Below, piece by piece: positions 1-7,284 of a DNA stretch of 27,449 nt (positions are counted from its first letter, which is position 1; every line of letters begins with the position of its first letter). Source of the stretch: a virus (lineage: Duplodnaviria; Caudoviricetes). The notes under the pieces were generated by a model. The model saw only the letters and a list, made by a program, of their open reading frames with translations, did no database searches and was not told the DNA's origin. Location: positions 1-27,449 of IMG/VR virus record IMGVR_UViG_3300030330_000271. One strand, written 5' to 3'. A program made the position numbers and the translations under genes.

Positions 1-2
1 TG

Positions 3-167
3 GCATCTATACATGACGAGTATCAGTTTGAAGTTCTTAACAAAGATGTTAAAAGATTTGGACAGCTAACAAAAGATGCTATGAAAGATACAGAGAAACA
101 ATTACACATGAAATGTCCTTTGGATAATGAATGGAAGGTAGGGAGAACATGGGCACAGACACATTAG
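3..167 (+). CDS. polA: DNA polymerase family A, C-terminal end (partial; not in the ORF track)
   Basis: Frame 3 reads ASIHDEYQFEVLNKDVKRFGQLTKDAMKDTEKQLHMKCPLDNEWKVGRTWAQTH*. It has the motif C HDE and the T7-like terminus G.TWA.TH. Confidence 0.92.
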   Translation, partial: ASIHDEYQFEVLNKDVKRFGQLTKDAMKDTEKQLHMKCPLDNEWKVGRTWAQTH

Positions 168-1228
168 TAAAAGAATTTAAAGGAAGAAAAGATCATGCTA
201 ATTATATTAAGCGTGGTATACAAGTAGAGAATGAATTTATAAAGACTGTGCAAGAGCATGGTTATTCAGTTGGTATAGCAAATGATCAAGAGAATATGTT
301 TAAACATATAGATTTCTATCTAACAAAAGATAATAAAACAGTTAGTGTAGATGTAAAAGCTAGAAGAACTGGAAATAAGAACAGGTTTTTTGATGACGCA
401 TGGATTGTTGTTGAGTTTAAAAATACAATGGGTAAGAAAGGTTGGTTGTATGGTGACTGTAATTACTTTGTATTTGAACGAGAGCATGACTACGTATGGT
501 GCTATGCAAAAGAGTTGGTAGAATTAACTGACAAAGTTGTAGATAAAAATACTAGAGTAGTAAGTTATAAAGATGCTGAATACAAAACATGGGGTAGAAT
601 ACATCAAGGAAAACAAGATCTTATCTCAAGAATAGAGATGAGTTTAATATTAAAATTAAATAAAACATTTATTATGAAAAAAACTCTTGACAAAAATGTT
701 GAGGTGTGTCATAATTCATTTATTAACAATAAGGAAAGGAACACAATTATGAGTGTTATTAAAGGAAACGCTTATTGGGCAAGCGTAACAAGTCCAAACA
801 CCACTTTTGATAGTGATGGTGTGTGGTCTATAGATGTTGGTAATCTTGATAAAAAGAATGCTGATATTGCTAAAGCTGATGGTCTATCCATCAAAAATAA
901 AAATGACGACAGAGGTGATTTCGTTACAGTAAAACGTAAAGTGAGACGTAAAGATGGAAACATGAACAAACCACCTGAAGTTGTTGACGCAGGCAAACGT
1001 AATATGTCTGGCACATTAATTGGTAATGGTTCAGAAGTTAATGTACTTTATACTACATATGAGTGGGAGTTCAAAGGTCGTTCTGGAGTTTCTGCTGATC
1101 TACGTGCTGTACAGGTAACTAATTTAGTACCTTACAACACAGATGCTGATGCAGAGGAAGCTTTTGAAGTAGTTCCTGATGGCTTCGTAAGTAATGAGTC
1201 TGATGAGGAATTATCCTTCGCTTCTTAA
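149..1228 (+). CDS. PD-(D/E)XK-type endonuclease domain reading in frame into the SSB gene
   Basis: The N-terminal ~180 aa show G..VENEF, HIDF, VDVKA and WIVVEFKN..GKKGWLYG, a restriction-like fold pattern. There is no stop before the SSB ATG at 749. The start is 149 or 131. Confidence 0.65.
   Translation: MGTDTLVKEFKGRKDHANYIKRGIQVENEFIKTVQEHGYSVGIANDQENMFKHIDFYLTKDNKTVSVDVKARRTGNKNRFFDDAWIVVEFKNTMGKKGWLYGDCNYFVFEREHDYVWCYAKELVELTDKVVDKNTRVVSYKDAEYKTWGRIHQGKQDLISRIEMSLILKLNKTFIMKKTLDKNVEVCHNSFINNKERNTIMSVIKGNAYWASVTSPNTTFDSDGVWSIDVGNLDKKNADIAKADGLSIKNKNDDRGDFVTVKRKVRRKDGNMNKPPEVVDAGKRNMSGTLIGNGSEVNVLYTTYEWEFKGRSGVSADLRAVQVTNLVPYNTDADAEEAFEVVPDGFVSNESDEELSFAS
687..715 (+). promoter_or_regulatory. 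Sigma70-type promoter P1, inside the nuclease ORF and upstream of SSB
   Basis: TTGACA (687-692), 17 bp spacer, CATAAT (710-715), extended -10 TG and an upstream A-tract. Confidence 0.85.
749..1228 (+). CDS. ssb: Single-stranded DNA-binding protein (T7 gp2.5-like OB fold)
   Basis: SD AAGGAAAGGA at 731-740 and ATG at 749. Motifs KG.AYWA, LIGNGS.VNV and L.AVQV..LV.Y, then an acidic tail with a near-terminal Phe (ESDEELSFAS). Confidence 0.85.
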   Translation: MSVIKGNAYWASVTSPNTTFDSDGVWSIDVGNLDKKNADIAKADGLSIKNKNDDRGDFVTVKRKVRRKDGNMNKPPEVVDAGKRNMSGTLIGNGSEVNVLYTTYEWEFKGRSGVSADLRAVQVTNLVPYNTDADAEEAFEVVPDGFVSNESDEELSFAS

Positions 1229-1243
1229 CTAACCAATGAAAGG

Positions 1244-1285
1244 ATGGAGAGGTGCTACTGAACGAGTATCTCTCCATTATTTATT
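1244..1285 (+). terminator. 13-bp hairpin with an imperfect U-tail after SSB (terminator/attenuator or translational element)
   Basis: ATGGAGAGGTGCT (1244-1256) pairs with AGTATCTCTCCAT (1265-1277), with two G-U pairs, followed by TATTTATT. Confidence 0.6.
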
Positions 1286-2149
1286 ATGAAATCAATAGAT
1301 ACTTTAGTGAAAGATATATATGGTTTATTTGATCCTCTTGTAGAGGTAGATTTAAATGACAAAGAAATAGATGAGCATTTAGATTCTTTTACAAAGAGTG
1401 TCAAAGAAACATTACGAATGTTTTTAAAAGAGAAACCTACACAGAAACGTAACTTGAGACTATCTGCTATAGGTAAACCTACGAGACAGTTATGGTATGA
1501 CAAACATTCTAAAGATGAACCTAAACCTTTAGAACCTAGTACAAGAATTAAGTTTTTATATGGACATTTATTAGAAGACTTATTAATATTATTCTGTAGA
1601 CTAGCAGGACATACAGTAACTGATCAACAAAAACAAATTGATGTTAATGGTATAAAAGGACATCAAGATTGTATGATTGATGGTGTTCTTGTTGATTGTA
1701 AGAGTGCATCAGGTAGAAGTTTTGAAAAGTTTTCTAAAAGAACTTTATATTCTGATGATCCTTTTGGTTATATCGCACAAATCTCTGCCTATGCTGAAGG
1801 CAATGGTGTAGATGAAGCTGCTTTTCTTGCTATAGATAAACAACATGGAGACATTTGTTTGACTCCTGTTCATTCATTGGAAATGATTAATGCTAAAGAA
1901 AGAATTGATTATCTTAAAGGAGTTATGGAACAAGATAATCCACCTGACAGGTGTTATGATGATTTGCCTGATGGAGCTAGTGGCAATCGTAAGCTTGCTA
2001 TTGGTTGCTTGTATTGTTCACATAAGCGTACTTGTTGGAGTGATGCTAATAAAGGTAAAGGATTACGTGTGTTTCAGTATGCAAAAGGTCATAGGTTTCT
2101 TACGAATGTTGCTAAAGAACCTAACGTAGAGGAGGTTTTAGAATGGTAA
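1286..2149 (+). CDS. Cas4-like PD-(D/E)XK exonuclease (phage, CRISPR-independent)
   Basis: Motifs LRLSAIGK..RQLWY, F.YGH..E, GHQD...DG.LVDCKSAS, Y.AQ.SAY and a C-terminal CxxCx5C (CLYCSHKRTC). Confidence 0.82.
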   Translation: MKSIDTLVKDIYGLFDPLVEVDLNDKEIDEHLDSFTKSVKETLRMFLKEKPTQKRNLRLSAIGKPTRQLWYDKHSKDEPKPLEPSTRIKFLYGHLLEDLLILFCRLAGHTVTDQQKQIDVNGIKGHQDCMIDGVLVDCKSASGRSFEKFSKRTLYSDDPFGYIAQISAYAEGNGVDEAAFLAIDKQHGDICLTPVHSLEMINAKERIDYLKGVMEQDNPPDRCYDDLPDGASGNRKLAIGCLYCSHKRTCWSDANKGKGLRVFQYAKGHRFLTNVAKEPNVEEVLEW

Positions 2150-2889
2150 GTCATTGGGTTAGGTATGGTACTGAAGAACCTTTCGTACCTAACCTAGATA
2201 AGTTTGGGTTTGTTTATATTATAACAAATACTAAAACTACTAAAGCATATGTAGGTTGTAAACAATATTTTTCTATGGGTAAGAAAAAAAGAAAACATAA
2301 GTGGGAAATATATACAGGTTCTTCTAAATATTTAAATGAAGATATAGAAAAGATAGGTAAAGAACATTTTACTTTTGAAGTTATAGCAGAGTATAAAAAC
2401 AAAAGAAGTCTACGATACTATGAAGCATATTATCAAATGAAATGGAATGTTCTTACTGCTACTATAGAAGGTACAGATAAACCTGCGTTTTATAATTCAT
2501 ATGTAGGTGGTAAATTTTATAGACCTATTGAGAGTTATAAACCTTTTACAGAAGAACATAAAAGAAAGATAAGTGAAGCTCAATTAGGAGTACCAAACCC
2601 TTGGATGCAAGGAGAAAAAAATCATAAGTATCAAGGTAAAGCAGAATTTTATCTTGATGGTAAACTAATGGTTGTTGATTGTTTAGGTGCATGGTGTAAT
2701 GAAAATGGTTATAATAGAGGATATGTAAATTCAATAGCACATACAAATATGTATGGATTTCATAAGAATAAATCTGTTAAAGGTGGTAAGAGAAGGGCAA
2801 TCTCTTGTAAAGGACCTTTAGGAACTATAACAAAAGTAAAATGGTTAGGAAAGGAGGTAAAAGATGTCACTAAAGAAAGCAATGTATGA
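2143..2889 (+). CDS. GIY-YIG endonuclease with NUMOD3 motif (Seg/DenA-like)
   Basis: GFVYIITN....KAYVG.K, Y.GSS and F.FEVI motifs, plus NUMOD3-like FTEEHKRKISEAQLG. Confidence 0.85.
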   Translation: MVSHWVRYGTEEPFVPNLDKFGFVYIITNTKTTKAYVGCKQYFSMGKKKRKHKWEIYTGSSKYLNEDIEKIGKEHFTFEVIAEYKNKRSLRYYEAYYQMKWNVLTATIEGTDKPAFYNSYVGGKFYRPIESYKPFTEEHKRKISEAQLGVPNPWMQGEKNHKYQGKAEFYLDGKLMVVDCLGAWCNENGYNRGYVNSIAHTNMYGFHKNKSVKGGKRRAISCKGPLGTITKVKWLGKEVKDVTKESNV

Positions 2890-3091
2890 TACTGCATTGG
2901 CTGAATTTGAATCTAAAAGAGACAAAGCATTAGCTACTGCTCGTATATACATGGAGAATCCTGTGGGTATAGGCGAACATCCACAAGTGATTGATGAATT
3001 TATTAAACAGATTGAGTTAGCTGCAAGTGCTGATGAAGCTGCACATATGTTAATAGATACATTTAGAGATGAGATAACAGTAGAAGACTAG
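2864..3091 (+). CDS. Small helical hypothetical phage protein
   Basis: Strong SD AAGGAGGT upstream and a distinctive NPVGIGEHP loop between helices. Confidence 0.75.
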   Translation: MSLKKAMYDTALAEFESKRDKALATARIYMENPVGIGEHPQVIDEFIKQIELAASADEAAHMLIDTFRDEITVED

Positions 3092-3094
3092 ACT

Positions 3095-3430
3095 ATGGAC
3101 AAAGACTATCTTGGAATCTTAACAGAGATAGATAAGTATGAAGAGAGTAGTCCTGAAAGATTACTATTTTTATCTATTATATTCCAAGCATTATTAGATG
3201 CTACAAAAGAAAAGACAAGAGTAGAATCATCACGTACAAGTGTTGAAAGAGCTAATGCTCGTGCTTGGTTCTTCTGTAGTGTAGGTGTAACATGTGAGAA
3301 CTTTGAGTATGTCTGTGAGAATGCAGGTATGGATGCAGAATATACAAGAGGTTTCGCACTTAAAGTAATTAATTCAAAGGAGATAAAATATGTCAGACAA
3401 AGAATCAGAAGAGTCTTGGATAAATCCTGA
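3095..3430 (+). CDS. Hypothetical phage protein
   Basis: Tightly packed ORF with the pattern PE..LF..II.QA.LDA...A..WF...F..VC..AG.D. Function unknown. Confidence 0.75.
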   Translation: MDKDYLGILTEIDKYEESSPERLLFLSIIFQALLDATKEKTRVESSRTSVERANARAWFFCSVGVTCENFEYVCENAGMDAEYTRGFALKVINSKEIKYVRQRIRRVLDKS

Positions 3431-3749
3431 AGACAGAGGATGGAAGTATGAAAGTTATAGAGATTATATGAAAAGAAAAGATAGAGAAACAAAAACAAGA
3501 TCTATAGAAGGAACATATTCATATGAGTATGATAATGCTACAGACAGACAAGTAGGTGGAAGTCATTACAAAGACTGTGCTATACAACCTATAGAATATA
3601 TTGTTAAAAATAAGCTTGACTTCTTGGAAGGTAATGTGGTAAAATACATAACTCGTCACAGAACAAAAGGCGAAGGTAAAAAAGATATAGAAAAAGTTAT
3701 ACATTACGCAGAGTTAATATTAGAATTGCATTATGGAAAGGAGAAATAG
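3390..3749 (+). CDS. DUF3310 / SaV-like protein (T7 gp1.7 nucleotide-kinase-like)
   Basis: QVGGSHYK..AIQPIEYI..N.LDF.EGNVVKY..R...K....DIEK..HY, with SD AAGGAG upstream. Confidence 0.85.
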   Translation: MSDKESEESWINPEDRGWKYESYRDYMKRKDRETKTRSIEGTYSYEYDNATDRQVGGSHYKDCAIQPIEYIVKNKLDFLEGNVVKYITRHRTKGEGKKDIEKVIHYAELILELHYGKEK

Positions 3750-5684
3750 ATGGCATCATTACTAGGAAATAATTATTTACCTACTGAATATCAATCATTT
3801 ATACATATGTCTAGGTATTCAAGATGGTTAGAAGAAGAAGGCAGAAGAGAGACATGGACTGAAACTGTAAGCAGACTTATTGTGTACTTTAAAAATCATA
3901 TAGACGTACACTATAAAGGTGTACTTAAAAATAAAGAATGGACAGAGTTAGAAGAAGCTATATTATCTTTACAAGTGATGCCATCTATGAGAGCTTTAAT
4001 GACTTCAGGTGGAGCATTAGATAGAGAAAATATAGCAGGATATAACTGTTCTTATATTCCTATTGATAGTCCAAAAGCATTTGATGAGGTGTTATATATC
4101 CTTATGAATGGTACAGGTGTAGGTTTCTCTGTTGAAAGACAGTATGCTGACAAGCTTCCTACTATACCTGATCAAGAGTTTGAAAATACAGATGATGTTA
4201 TTTCTGTTGCTGATTCTAAAGAAGGATGGGCAAGAGCATTTAGAGATCTTATTTCTTTTTTATATACTGCACGTATACCCAAGATAAGTGTAACAAAAGT
4301 TAGACCTGCAGGTGCTAGACTTAAAACCTTTGGTGGTAGAGCTAGTGGACCACAACCTTTAGTTGATCTCTTTGATTTTACTATTAGTAAATTTAAAGAA
4401 GCAAGAGGTAGAAAATTATCTTCTATGGAATGCCATGACATTGTATGTAAGACAGGTGAGGTTGTCGTAGTAGGTGGTGTTAGAAGATCAGCTCTTATTT
4501 CTTTGTCTAATCTTTCTGATCAACGTATTCGTGGTGCTAAAATGGGTGAGTGGTGGAATGAAAATCCACAAAGAGCATTAGCTAATAACTCTGTAGCATA
4601 CACAGAGAAACCAGATCCAGGTATTTTTATGAAAGAATGGTTGTCTTTATATGAAAGTAAATCAGGTGAGAGAGGTATCTTTAATAGACAATCTGCTAAA
4701 GCTAAAGCTGCAGAGAATGGTAGACGAGATGCTGATTGGGATTTTGGTACTAATCCTTGTAGTGAAATTATATTAAGACCTAATCAATTCTGTAACTTAA
4801 CTGAAGTTGTGTGTCGTTCTACTGATACTATGACTACACTCGTAAAGAAAGTTAAACTTGCTACGATACTAGGTACAATACAATCTACCTTTACAAACTT
4901 TGGTTATCTTCGTAAGAGATGGCAGAACAATACTGAAGAAGAAAGATTACTTGGTGTATCTTTGACAGGCATTATGGATTCTGTTGAGCTCAATACTATT
5001 GATGGTCTAGCTCCTAGATTAGAAGTATTAAAACAACATGCAATAGATACTAACAAAGAACTTGCTAAAAAATTAGGCATACCACAATCAACTGCTATTA
5101 CTTGTGTTAAACCTTCAGGTACTGTAAGTCAATTAGTTGATAGTGCTAGTGGTATACATGCAAGACATAATCCTTATTACATTAGAACAGTTAGAGGTGA
5201 TAATAAAGATCCATTGACAGAGTTTATGAAAGCATCTGGTATACCTAATGAACCAGATTATTTAAAACCAGAACATCAAACTGTGTTTTCATTTCCTATG
5301 ATGGCTCCTAAAGGTTCTGTATGTCGTAAAGATATGACTGCTATTGAACAGTTAGAGATATGGAAAGTCTATGCAAAACATTGGTGTGAACATAAACCTT
5401 CTGTAACTATTAGTGTTAAGGAAGATGAGTGGATTCCTGTGGGTGCATGGTGTTGGGAAAACTTTGAGCATGTAAGTGGTATATCTTTCTTACCTTTCTC
5501 TGATCATACATATCAACAAGCACCTTATCAAGATATAGATGAGAAAACATATAAGAAGTTAGCAAAAGAAATGCCTACAAATATTGATTGGAATAAACTT
5601 CAAGACTTTGAAAAAGAAGATAATACGAAAGGATCACAAGAACTTGCATGTACTGCAGGTGTATGTGAATTGGTGGACATATAA
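3750..5684 (+). CDS. nrdJ: Class II (adenosylcobalamin-dependent) ribonucleotide reductase
   Basis: PSMRALM, YNCS, VVVGGVRRSA, GTNPCSEI (thiyl Cys), FCNL, TCVKPSGT and the C-terminal redox pair CTAGVC. No class I beta subunit gene is adjacent. Confidence 0.93.
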   Translation: MASLLGNNYLPTEYQSFIHMSRYSRWLEEEGRRETWTETVSRLIVYFKNHIDVHYKGVLKNKEWTELEEAILSLQVMPSMRALMTSGGALDRENIAGYNCSYIPIDSPKAFDEVLYILMNGTGVGFSVERQYADKLPTIPDQEFENTDDVISVADSKEGWARAFRDLISFLYTARIPKISVTKVRPAGARLKTFGGRASGPQPLVDLFDFTISKFKEARGRKLSSMECHDIVCKTGEVVVVGGVRRSALISLSNLSDQRIRGAKMGEWWNENPQRALANNSVAYTEKPDPGIFMKEWLSLYESKSGERGIFNRQSAKAKAAENGRRDADWDFGTNPCSEIILRPNQFCNLTEVVCRSTDTMTTLVKKVKLATILGTIQSTFTNFGYLRKRWQNNTEEERLLGVSLTGIMDSVELNTIDGLAPRLEVLKQHAIDTNKELAKKLGIPQSTAITCVKPSGTVSQLVDSASGIHARHNPYYIRTVRGDNKDPLTEFMKASGIPNEPDYLKPEHQTVFSFPMMAPKGSVCRKDMTAIEQLEIWKVYAKHWCEHKPSVTISVKEDEWIPVGAWCWENFEHVSGISFLPFSDHTYQQAPYQDIDEKTYKKLAKEMPTNIDWNKLQDFEKEDNTKGSQELACTAGVCELVDI

Positions 5685-5950
5685 TTTGTTCACCTTGTAT
5701 TGGTGTGTGTACACTAGAGAATGATGTTTGTATTGGTTGTTTTAGAACAAGTAAACAAATAGCTGATTGGGCATTTTATAATGATAAAGAAAGAGAAAAG
5801 ATAATGAAAGAAACTAAACCTGCATTAGCTACAGAAGATGTTGCATTAATTAGAAAAGTAATAACATATTATCTTAATAATATTTTTCCAGTTGATAAAG
5901 AAGAGCAAGAAAAACTAATGAACATCTTTCATAGGTTAGGTAGACTATAA
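5681..5950 (+). CDS. DUF1289 family Cys-rich protein with a C-terminal extension; start codon uncertain
   Basis: The frame reads IICSPCIGVCTLENDVCIGCFRTSKQIADW, so the motif extends upstream of the GTG at 5705. Confidence 0.7.
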   Translation: MICSPCIGVCTLENDVCIGCFRTSKQIADWAFYNDKEREKIMKETKPALATEDVALIRKVITYYLNNIFPVDKEEQEKLMNIFHRLGRL

Positions 5951-5958
5951 AAAAATGC

Positions 5959-5987
5959 TTGACTTTTATAGTAAAGTGTGTCATAAT
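5959..5987 (+). promoter_or_regulatory. Sigma70-type promoter P2 upstream of hsp20
   Basis: TTGACT (5959-5964), 17 bp spacer, CATAAT (5982-5987). It shares GTGTGTCATAATT with P1. Confidence 0.85.
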
Positions 5988-5993
5988 TACATC

Positions 5994-6046
5994 ATAGAAT
6001 GCCATTTTGGGTTCTATAACTCGCTTAATGAAAGGAGAAAAGCATG
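5994..6046 (+). promoter_or_regulatory. ROSE-like RNA thermometer in the hsp20 5' UTR
   Basis: Hairpin I spans 5994-6017. In hairpin II, CUC(G)CUU (6020-6026) pairs with SD AAGGAG (6032-6037) with a bulged G, the U(U/C)GCU ROSE signature. Confidence 0.75.
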
Positions 6047-6460
6047 AGTTTATTTCATAACATAAATAGATATGCTATAGGATTTGATCATTTGATGGAT
6101 CATATGGTATCTCTACATAAAAATGATAACTTAACAGGTAATGATTACCCACCTTATGATATAGTTAAAGAAGGTGATAATGATTATCGTATAGAACTTG
6201 CAGTTGCAGGTTTTAAAAAAGATGAATTAAAGATTAACCTTAAAGATAATTATCTAACTATTGAAGGTGAGTCTAATTCAAAAAATTCTAATGGAGAATA
6301 TCTTCATAAGAATATAGCACGAAGATCTTTTATTAAAAGCTTTAGTTTAGCTGATAATGTAGAGGTTGAAGATGCTACGTTTAAGGATGGTGTATTAGCT
6401 GTAAGTCTAAAACATAACATACCTGAAGAACAAAGACCAAAAGAAATAGTAATACACTAA
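6044..6460 (+). CDS. hsp20: Small heat shock protein Hsp20 (IbpA-like)
   Basis: IGFD, YPPYDI, YRIELAVAGF, YLHKNIARRSF..SF.LA, A..KDGVL and the C-terminal IxI motif (PKEIVI). Confidence 0.95.
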   Translation: MSLFHNINRYAIGFDHLMDHMVSLHKNDNLTGNDYPPYDIVKEGDNDYRIELAVAGFKKDELKINLKDNYLTIEGESNSKNSNGEYLHKNIARRSFIKSFSLADNVEVEDATFKDGVLAVSLKHNIPEEQRPKEIVIH

Positions 6461-6467
6461 CTTAAAT

Positions 6468-6513
6468 TGAGGGAGTGTTTTCTATTTCCTTTCACTCCCT
6501 CACCAAAGGAGAT
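6468..6513 (+). promoter_or_regulatory. Intergenic 10-bp hairpin with a pyrimidine loop complementary to the downstream SD
   Basis: TGAGGGAGTG (6468-6477) pairs with CACTCCCTCA (6493-6502). There is no U-tail. Loop ATTTCCTTT (6484-6492) matches AAAGGAGAT (6505-6513). Confidence 0.6.
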
Positions 6514-6516
6514 TAA

Positions 6517-7284
6517 ATGAATACAGTTTATATTGGGTATGATCCAAAAGAAGAAACAGCATATCAAGTTTTAAAATTTTCATTGGAAAGAATTTCCAGT
6601 AAAAATATACGAGTAGTTCCAATTAGAAAAAACATAATGGAACTAATGGGTTTATATAGAAGAGAATCTGAAATGATTGATGGTCAACCTTATGATGTTA
6701 TAGATGGTAGACCTTTTTCTACAGAGTTTAGTTTTACAAGATTTTTAGTACCTGCTTTAAACATGTATGAAGGCAAAGCTTTATTTATGGATTCAGATAT
6801 GTATGTTCGTGCAGATATAAATGAATTGTTTGATATTTGTAACATGGATTATTATCCTCTATGGTGTGTGCATCATAAATATGAACCAGTTAAATCTACA
6901 AAGATGGATGGTAAAGTACAAGAACCTTATCGTAGAAAGAACTGGTCAAGTCTTATGATGTTTAACTGTGGACATGAATTAAATAAAAGACTTACACCTG
7001 AAGTGGTTAATACACAAACAGGTAGATGGCTACATGGTTTTGAATGGTTACCTGATAAAGAAGCAGACATAGGTAGAATACCTGAAGAATGGAATTGGTT
7101 GGATGGTCATTCTTCTCCTGAACTAGATGCAAAGAATGTACACTTTACAACAGGTGGTCCTTGGTTTAATGCTTGGAAACCACGAGGAGAGATAGAAGGT
7201 AAGTATGCAGTTGAGTGGTGTAATGATGCTCAATGGTTACAAATGAACAACATGATTGATCCAACGAAAGATTATATGATATGA
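6517..7284 (+). CDS. GT-A glycosyltransferase (GT8/CDI-like)
   Basis: YIGYD..E, STEFSFTRFLVP, DxD in FMDSDM, RKNWSS.M.FNC.H, EWNWL and HFTTGGPWF. Confidence 0.88.
   Translation: MNTVYIGYDPKEETAYQVLKFSLERISSKNIRVVPIRKNIMELMGLYRRESEMIDGQPYDVIDGRPFSTEFSFTRFLVPALNMYEGKALFMDSDMYVRADINELFDICNMDYYPLWCVHHKYEPVKSTKMDGKVQEPYRRKNWSSLMMFNCGHELNKRLTPEVVNTQTGRWLHGFEWLPDKEADIGRIPEEWNWLDGHSSPELDAKNVHFTTGGPWFNAWKPRGEIEGKYAVEWCNDAQWLQMNNMIDPTKDYMI

Noticed and set aside
1286-2149. CRISPR-Cas system suggested by the Cas4-like gene
   Set aside because: No repeat-spacer array or other cas genes are present, and solo Cas4-like nucleases are common in phage replication modules.
3700-3760. Cobalamin riboswitch or NrdR box before nrdJ
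   Set aside because: There is no intergenic space (upstream stop at 3749, ATG at 3750) and no matching motif was seen.
772-4441. Short minus-strand ORFs (772-1014, 1255-1503, 2214-2402, 2546-2746, 3106-3498, 3519-3704, 4172-4441) and + strand 1890-2129
   Set aside because: They lie antisense or out of frame within well-supported genes and have no recognisable motifs, so they are shadow ORFs.
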